Source: an uncultured Staphylococcaceae bacterium
GTDB lineage: Bacteria > Bacillota_I > Bacilli_A > RFN20 > CAG-826
Length of the DNA stretch: 64,000 bases
Direction: 5' to 3'
Assembly: GCA_964410505.1 (NCBI GenBank)
Contig: CAYPGR010000004.1
Coordinates: forward strand, 20,576 to 84,575
Of this stretch, positions 58,460 through 64,000 are shown in pieces; the stretch's first letter is position 1; each line of letters starts with the position of its first letter. The position numbers and the translations under genes are program-made. The notes under the pieces were generated by a model. That model was not told the DNA's origin. It worked only from the letters and a program-made list of their open reading frames with translations, and did not search any database.

Positions 58460-59035
58460 ATGCGTAAAATATTAGTAGAAACATCCGCCCGGCATATTCA
58501 CTTAAGTAAAGCTGATTTAGCAATCTTATGCGGAGAAAATTCCGAACTTGCGGTTCGGGGCATGCTTAGTCAACCTGGTCAATATGCAAGCACCACAAAA
58601 TTAACAGTCGTTGGTTTAAAAAGAAACTTCGAAGGGGTCACCGTCCTTGGACCGACCCGTGGCGCGAGCCAAGTTGAAATTTCACAAACGGATGCCTTTG
58701 CCCTTGGCTTAGTTGCTCCCATTCGTGAAAGTGGTGATATTAAAGGGACCCCAGGCGTCACCTTAATTGGTCCTGCTGGATCTGTCACTTTAAAAGAAGG
58801 TTTAATTATTGCCAAACGGCATATTCACATGACGCCCGCTGATGCTGAAGAGTTCGGCGTTAAAAATGGTGAAATCGTTGCGGTTCGTGTTAAGACTGAT
58901 GAACGGAGTCTTGTCTTCGAAGATGTCGTTATTCGGGTGCGCGAAGACTTCGCATTAGCCATGCACATCGATACGGATGAAGCCAATGCTGCCGGGATCA
59001 AAGGTAGTGTCCTTGGCGAATTGATTAAGCTCTAA
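58460..59035 (+). CDS. pduL: PduL-type phosphate acyltransferase (phosphotransacetylase/propanoyltransferase)
   Basis: Duplicated PduL motifs SARHIHL and KRHIHM. GAAGGAG RBS. No BMC shell genes or encapsulation peptide nearby. Confidence 0.75.
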   Translation: MRKILVETSARHIHLSKADLAILCGENSELAVRGMLSQPGQYASTTKLTVVGLKRNFEGVTVLGPTRGASQVEISQTDAFALGLVAPIRESGDIKGTPGVTLIGPAGSVTLKEGLIIAKRHIHMTPADAEEFGVKNGEIVAVRVKTDERSLVFEDVVIRVREDFALAMHIDTDEANAAGIKGSVLGELIKL

Positions 59036-59048
59036 AATTGGATAAAAA

Positions 59049-59079
59049 AGTAAGGTGGGGAGACCCACCTTTTTCTTTT
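59049..59079 (+). terminator. Terminator after pduL
   Basis: AAGGTGGG-gaga-CCCACCTT followed by TTTCTTTT. Confidence 0.5.
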
Positions 59080-59106
59080 GACTTAAAGACCCCTATTCTG
59101 TATAAT
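59078..59106 (+). promoter_or_regulatory. Consensus sigma-A promoter of the metK leader
   Basis: TTGACT-17 nt-TATAAT. Confidence 0.55.
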
Positions 59107-59113
59107 AAGCCTA

Positions 59114-59240
59114 CCTTATCAAGAACTACATTCCGGCAATGATGTAGTAGCAACTCTTATGAACATAAGTAAGTGCTCGCCAAAGGCAAATCGTAACGAT
59201 AAGGAAAGTGTTAAATTACTTTCCTTGGGAAAGTATTTTT
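59114..59240 (+). promoter_or_regulatory. SAM-I-clan (S-box-like) riboswitch variant with terminator/antiterminator expression platform
   Basis: P1 CCTTATC/GATAAGG with the CTTATCAAGA box, a P2 hairpin CTACAT/ATGTAG, and P3 GCAAC...GTGC followed by CCAAAGG. There is no P4 and no GGAGGGA/GGCCC. Downstream, GGAAAGT/ACTTTCC/GGAAAGT+TTTTT form mutually exclusive hairpins sharing the P1 3' strand. Confidence 0.6.
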
Positions 59241-59257
59241 AATTAAAGGGGGAAAAT

Positions 59258-60439
59258 ATGACGAAATATAAATTATTTACAAGCGAATCGGTGAGTGAAG
59301 GCCATCCCGATAAGCTATGCGATCAAATTAGTGATGCGATTCTTGATGCCGCGTTAGCAATTGATCCCAATGCACGCGTGGCGGCAGAAGTTTTTGCGAC
59401 GACGAATTTTGTCTTAATTAGCGGCGAAATCACATTAGAGGGACATGCCCCTGATTATGAGACAATTGCGCGGCGCGTCATCGAAGAAGTCGGCTATACC
59501 AATCCCGAACTTGGATTTAGCGCCCAAGAAGCACAAATTCTTGTTAAGATGAACACCCAGAGCCCAGATATTGCCCAAGGGGTGACCCAAACGGAACCCG
59601 AACAACAAGGGGCAGGCGACCAAGGCATTATGTTTGGGTATGCGACCACTGAAAGTGAAGGGTTGATGCCACTTGCGATTGTCATCGCCCACAAACTCAT
59701 GCGCACGGCCACCAAGATGCGGAAAGAAGGTCGTTTTCCTGGTGCTCGTCCCGACATGAAATCACAAGTCACCATGCGGTATTACGAGGATGGAAAAACA
59801 GAAATTGACACCATCTTAATGAGTGTGCAACATGATGATCATATCGATTTTCAAGCTTTTAAAGCGTATATTCATGAAGCAATCATGATTCCTGTTGTTG
59901 AGAGTTTTGGCCTCAACCTTGATTTTAATTTCTTGGTTAATCCCACCGGTCGTTTTGTCACTGGTGGACCAGCGGGTGATACCGGCTTAACAGGACGTAA
60001 AATAATTGTGGATACATATGGTGGTTACGCAAAACATGGGGGTGGTGCCTTCAGCGGCAAAGATCCCAGCAAAGTCGATCGAAGCGCCGCTTATTATGCG
60101 CGTTATATTGCAAAGAACATCGTGGCATCTGGCGCATGTGAACGGGTTGAAATTCAACTCAGTTACGCGATTGGTATCCCGTCTCCAATTAGTATACACG
60201 TCGATACATTTAATACTGAAACGGTCTCAATTGATCTTATTTTTGCCGCGATTAAGAAATATTTTGATTGCCGCCCTGGGATGATTACAAAGGAATTCAG
60301 TTTGCGCAAGCCCACTTTTAAATATCAAAGTTTAAGTGCCTTAGGCCACTTTGGGCGACCTGATTTAGATACGCCTTGGGAAAAGACCGATAAAGCCGAT
60401 TTGCTCCGTGCTTTTTTCAATAAACCGCTTTCTAAGTGA
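59258..60439 (+). CDS. metK: S-adenosylmethionine synthetase
   Basis: GHPDK, GAGDQG and related MetK motifs in a 393-aa protein. Confidence 0.95.
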   Translation: MTKYKLFTSESVSEGHPDKLCDQISDAILDAALAIDPNARVAAEVFATTNFVLISGEITLEGHAPDYETIARRVIEEVGYTNPELGFSAQEAQILVKMNTQSPDIAQGVTQTEPEQQGAGDQGIMFGYATTESEGLMPLAIVIAHKLMRTATKMRKEGRFPGARPDMKSQVTMRYYEDGKTEIDTILMSVQHDDHIDFQAFKAYIHEAIMIPVVESFGLNLDFNFLVNPTGRFVTGGPAGDTGLTGRKIIVDTYGGYAKHGGGAFSGKDPSKVDRSAAYYARYIAKNIVASGACERVEIQLSYAIGIPSPISIHVDTFNTETVSIDLIFAAIKKYFDCRPGMITKEFSLRKPTFKYQSLSALGHFGRPDLDTPWEKTDKADLLRAFFNKPLSK

Positions 60440-60527
60440 AAAAGGTCATCAGATTTTCAAATCTTTTGAGTGCATGGTAAAATAAAATTACAAAGAAAGC
60501 CATCTCTTGATAGAAAGGAACTGATAC

Positions 60528-61082
60528 ATGAAATATCAAATTGTTGGCAAAAACATCGTCGTAACAGACGCAATAAGAAATGCGCTCCAAAAAAAGCTTT
60601 CACGCATGGACAAATACTTTATCATTAGTGATGAAATTGATTGTCGAGCGGTTGTGAGCAAACAACGGGCGATGGCCAAAGTAGAAGTGACGATCTTTAC
60701 GAAGCATCTTGACTTTCGTTCCGAGGAAAAAGACCCCGATTTATATGCAGCTTTTGATAAAGCGATTGATGCGCTTCAACAGCAAATGCGTAAACTAAAG
60801 ACGCGATTAAGCCGTAAACATAAATTAAGTTTAGGTGAAGCAATTGCCTTTGAAAACTTTGATGCCGCTGCAGAAGAAAAAGACCTAGATGCTGACAAAG
60901 TTGTGAGAATGAAGTCAATCTATTTAGAACCGATGGCGCTTGAAGATGCCATTACTAGAATGGAAGCCTTAGGCCATAAATTCTTCCTCTATTTAGATAT
61001 GGAAGACAACTTAATTTCGCTCCTTTATATGCGAAATGATGGCGGTTACGGAATTATCCAATCTGAAAATAAATTAAAGTAA
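60528..61082 (+). CDS. hpf: Ribosome hibernation-promoting factor, long form
   Basis: N-terminal YfiA/RaiA domain plus a C-terminal dimerisation domain, 184 aa. Confidence 0.85.
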   Translation: MKYQIVGKNIVVTDAIRNALQKKLSRMDKYFIISDEIDCRAVVSKQRAMAKVEVTIFTKHLDFRSEEKDPDLYAAFDKAIDALQQQMRKLKTRLSRKHKLSLGEAIAFENFDAAAEEKDLDADKVVRMKSIYLEPMALEDAITRMEALGHKFFLYLDMEDNLISLLYMRNDGGYGIIQSENKLK

Positions 61083-61099
61083 ATCTCAAAATAATAGAT

Positions 61100-61130
61100 A
61101 AGGGCTAGTCTAAGACTAGTCCTTTTTATT
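61100..61130 (+). terminator. Terminator after hpf
   Basis: GGGCTAGTC-taa-GACTAGTCC followed by TTTTTATTTT. Confidence 0.5.
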
Positions 61131-61170
61131 TTCTTAGAAAAAATTCGTTTTTGTTGTATAATTACATAGC

Positions 61171-62007
61171 ATGGAAAAACACGTTAAACTTCTCGCTAGT
61201 GATCTTGATGGTACCCTCTTTTATCCAAAACGGCGGATAACGATGATTGCCAAAAAAAATCGTAAATTTCTTACCCGATTTTTAAATGAGGGCAATAAAC
61301 TTGTTTTCGTCACCGGTCGAAGTCCCGCATACGCAAAAAAAGTTTCGCGAAAACTTGGTCATGAAATTGATGTCATTGGGATGAATGGGGCTTATACCAT
61401 TATTGATGGTAAAGTTGAAAATGAACATTTTCTTGATTTCAATATTGCAAAGATGCTTTTTGACCTTAACTCACTATTTCCCATCCTTGGAACCATGCTT
61501 ATCTCAAGAAAACACCCCCTTCTCATATCGACGCCTCCCATTAGTGCGGCATTCCGTCTTTTTTACCGTGTCTATTACTGGTTTCAAGGCGTTTATGCGG
61601 AAGATTATCATTTCTCAAATGAAGAATTTGTGCGAGAAATTAAATCTAAGGAAGTGTACAAACTCATGATTTTCTTTGGTTTATCAAAACGCGGGGTTAA
61701 AACCGCAGCCAAAGCCAATAATTATTTACGAGAATTTTATCCGGGCCAATTTGAGGCAAGTTGGACGAATGGGTTTATCGAAATTACCCCAATTGGTTCT
61801 TCAAAGGCGGGTGGACTAGAGCGGTATATTGCCTCAAAAAACATGACGGATGATCAGGTCTATGTGGTCGGTGATTCTGGAAATGATATCTCAATGTTTA
61901 ATGCTTTTTATGATCGTTCCTTTTGTTTAAAACATTCTCATAAAAAAGTAAAACGTTATGCGAAAACGATTATCCGTCGTTTTCATCATTTAGAACGATA
62001 TTTATAG
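61171..62007 (+). CDS. HAD-IIB (Cof-type) sugar-phosphatase-like hydrolase
   Basis: LLASDLDGTL motif I, VTGRS, and C-terminal GDSGNDISMF. Confidence 0.75.
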   Translation: MEKHVKLLASDLDGTLFYPKRRITMIAKKNRKFLTRFLNEGNKLVFVTGRSPAYAKKVSRKLGHEIDVIGMNGAYTIIDGKVENEHFLDFNIAKMLFDLNSLFPILGTMLISRKHPLLISTPPISAAFRLFYRVYYWFQGVYAEDYHFSNEEFVREIKSKEVYKLMIFFGLSKRGVKTAAKANNYLREFYPGQFEASWTNGFIEITPIGSSKAGGLERYIASKNMTDDQVYVVGDSGNDISMFNAFYDRSFCLKHSHKKVKRYAKTIIRRFHHLERYL

Positions 62008-62019
62008 GAGGTTAGTCAT

Positions 62020-62877
62020 ATGACTACAATTACAGCTTATATTTTTGGCATCTATCAACTGAGTATGATGGTTCGTGATGTCCTTGGCTACGTCGCCCCA
62101 CAAGGTGAAAAGAAATTTAGCAAAGATGCTTATGAAAGAAGAAGTAAAACCTTTGAATTACTTTCGGGAGAAGGTAGTCCGTTTGCACATTTTGTTTCGA
62201 TTAATAAAGATAAATCAGAAAAACTTGTCGGCAACTTAAGTGAATTCCAAAAAGACATTTACTCTTCAGAATCCCTAATCTTCCGGGTTGTCGGTGACTT
62301 TGTTGAAGTTGACGCCAGTCAACATTTACGCGTTTACGATATGACCATTGGCATCTATCAAACTTTCTCGGATATTTTAAAAGGCTACTTACAATTTGGT
62401 GAACAAAATCCTGAATTTGATAAACGCGTGGCAACCTTAATCCGTGAAGACGAATATTATTTCCGTTCGCTTGCTCACTTTGCCCTTGTAAATGATCTAT
62501 TTAAATTATTCAAAGAATATAGTGACGCTCGGAATCGTGATAAAAGTGATGACAACCCGGTCGCGAAATTTATTAATGAAGATATCAAAAAAGTAGTTGG
62601 GTTTATTAATTTCTTAGATAAACACAATACCATAAAAAATGTAACCTACAAACTGATGACCGACAATGTGAAAGCCTTTATTGAAAATATGTCAGGTCAA
62701 CGCGAATTACCAGCAGGTAAGAACTTCCCTGAGGTCTTTAATGAACTGAATGCGATGTGTCTTAAAACGCTCCAAGATGCAGAAGCCAAATGGCGCGATC
62801 TATTCTTACCACTCGCCCGTGAGCATGCGGATATGCTTAACAATAACGAAAGAAAGAATCCTGAGGATTTGTCCTAA
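62020..62877 (+). CDS. Hypothetical protein (285 aa), translationally coupled to the degV-family gene
   Basis: GGAGG RBS. Its stop overlaps the next start (TAATATG). No recognised motif. Confidence 0.5.
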   Translation: MTTITAYIFGIYQLSMMVRDVLGYVAPQGEKKFSKDAYERRSKTFELLSGEGSPFAHFVSINKDKSEKLVGNLSEFQKDIYSSESLIFRVVGDFVEVDASQHLRVYDMTIGIYQTFSDILKGYLQFGEQNPEFDKRVATLIREDEYYFRSLAHFALVNDLFKLFKEYSDARNRDKSDDNPVAKFINEDIKKVVGFINFLDKHNTIKNVTYKLMTDNVKAFIENMSGQRELPAGKNFPEVFNELNAMCLKTLQDAEAKWRDLFLPLAREHADMLNNNERKNPEDLS

Positions 62878-62878
62878 T

Positions 62879-63739
62879 ATGCGTAAAACAGCCATTCTAT
62901 TTGATTCAACTGCGGTCATTGACCCAGTTAACATTGAAAAATTCGATATTTCGTTTGTTTCAATGAACTTAGCCATTAACGGTGAAAACTTCCGTTCAAT
63001 GGATCTCGACGAAGATAAGTTTCGACAAGAATTTTTAACCTATAAAAATGTCAAGAGTGGATCACCATCACCCTATGATTTTGAGGTGGTCATTAACGAA
63101 AAATTTAATCAAGGTTATGAAGAAGTCGTTATCATTACGCTTTCTAGCAAAATTAGTGCGACCTATAGCGTCGCAAAAATGGCCGTTGACACGTTAAGTG
63201 ATGAACGAAAAGCAAAAACATTCGTCTTTGATTCCCTTTATGGATCGGTTGGCCAAGATGCGCTTGTTGCTTCACTAGTCAATCTCCTTGAACAAGATCC
63301 AACTGCCGCTCAAATCATGGCGGCACTTGAAAGTCGCGTGAACCAAAATACAGTATTATTTGAATTAGGCGACTTAAAACACCTCGTAAAAGGCGGTCGG
63401 CTTAGTACGATTAAATACATCATTAGTATGGCCTTAAAAATCCGCCCTCTCGTCGAATTTCATAACGGTGAGTTAAAGGTCATTGCTCAAAACCGTAATC
63501 GGAGTAAAACAATGGATGCGATTTTTAGCAAGATTGATGATTTTGTGACAAAATTCAAGCATGTTTATATCAATTTATTTAGTTATCATCCCAATGATAA
63601 TATTTTTGTTGCCCTCCGTGATATAATCAAGACACGTTGGCCACAAATTATCGTCAACGCAACCAAACGGATTGATCCAGTTTATATGACCCATGTCGGC
63701 GTTGACGGATATGCCGTTTCAATTGTAAGTTTCAATTAG
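62879..63739 (+). CDS. DegV-family fatty-acid-binding protein
   Basis: MRKTAILFDSTAVIDP... N-terminus typical of DegV/EDD fold, 286 aa. The longer ORF-track start (62750) overlaps the previous gene and is rejected. Confidence 0.8.
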   Translation: MRKTAILFDSTAVIDPVNIEKFDISFVSMNLAINGENFRSMDLDEDKFRQEFLTYKNVKSGSPSPYDFEVVINEKFNQGYEEVVIITLSSKISATYSVAKMAVDTLSDERKAKTFVFDSLYGSVGQDALVASLVNLLEQDPTAAQIMAALESRVNQNTVLFELGDLKHLVKGGRLSTIKYIISMALKIRPLVEFHNGELKVIAQNRNRSKTMDAIFSKIDDFVTKFKHVYINLFSYHPNDNIFVALRDIIKTRWPQIIVNATKRIDPVYMTHVGVDGYAVSIVSFN

Positions 63740-63749
63740 GAGAGAACAT

Positions 63750-64000
63750 ATGAAAAACAAAAAAATCAGTGGGGGCGAATTAACGCTCTATATTATCTAC
63801 TTATTAATCGGATTAGGTGGTGTGACACTTGCGGTCTTAAATATTATCGGCATGAATATTCCCAATATCGAAAACCCGCTTCGCTTAGCCGATGAATCTT
63901 TTGCCAAAACAATGAAGATGAATTTCCTTGTCTTCGGCTCTTTACTTATTGTTTTGGCCGGTATATTATCGGCGATTACGCTAGCTGTTAATGGCGCTAA
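63750..64000 (+). CDS. Hypothetical membrane protein, 5' part (runs off the window end)
   Basis: AGGAGAG RBS. MKNKKISGGELTLYIIYLLIGLGGVTLAV... with two TM segments. No stop codon occurs before nt 64000. Confidence 0.4.
   Translation, partial: MKNKKISGGELTLYIIYLLIGLGGVTLAVLNIIGMNIPNIENPLRLADESFAKTMKMNFLVFGSLLIVLAGILSAITLAVNGA

Noticed and set aside
58350-58523. N-terminal extension of the GtrA-like ORF (TTG start at 58523)
   Set aside because: It overlaps the pduL RBS and start codon on the other strand and has no RBS. The GtrA signature only begins after Met59 or Met69.
1-64000. CRISPR arrays, rRNA genes, IS elements/transposases, integrases and toxin-antitoxin pairs
   Set aside because: None was seen. 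No repeat-spacer periodicity, no rRNA-like conserved blocks and no DDE or tyrosine-recombinase ORFs occur. The only mobile-element signal is the tRNA-Leu fragment duplication reported above.

Overview
This is a 64-kb chromosomal segment from a low-GC Firmicutes/Tenericutes-type bacterium. The six-frame ORFs read through cleanly in the standard genetic code. Gene order is strongly Bacillus-like. Several lipoproteins carry Ser/Thr-rich linkers, and recU is not followed by ponA, which hints at an Acholeplasma- or Erysipelotrichia-like lineage; that placement is inference only. The window starts in the origin-proximal mnmG-rsmG-parA-parB operon and is almost entirely densely packed housekeeping genes: FMN riboswitch-ribU, fer, cmk-der-gpsA-hup, a short cca-like gene, glmS-dnaD-nth, recU, gpsB, rnpB (RNase P RNA), pgsA-cinA-recA, rny-ymdB, miaB-ymcA-mutS-mutL-miaA-fhs, a three-gene MacB/FtsX-type ABC system, cspA, ychF, argS-rpoE-fba-nrnA-cysQ-like plus two lipoprotein 5'-nucleotidases, nfu, namA, gpx, a five-tRNA operon (Val-Tyr-Gln-Lys-Leu), pgi, gpmI, pepF, rex, maa, a lone tRNA-Leu(GAG), a four-gene polyprenol-phosphate-sugar glycosylation cluster (GT2 + YfhO + second GT-C + GtrA), pduL, SAM riboswitch-metK, hpf, HAD and DegV genes. 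I found no rRNA, CRISPR array, transposase or integrase. The most unusual items, in order, are: (1) a ~1.2-kb very AT-rich islet bounded by a perfect 64-bp direct repeat of the 3' part of tRNA-Leu(UAA), carrying one orphan 272-aa gene with its own promoter, RBS and terminator; (2) an asymmetric tripartite MacB-type ABC system whose first gene has no ATG/GTG/TTG start; (3) a GlmS whose catalytic N-terminal Cys is Ser, with further glutaminase-site substitutions; (4) a head/neck-only 222-aa CCA-type nucleotidyltransferase; (5) a P4-less SAM-I-like riboswitch before metK. All calls rest on reading the sequence and recalling family motifs; no database search was run.
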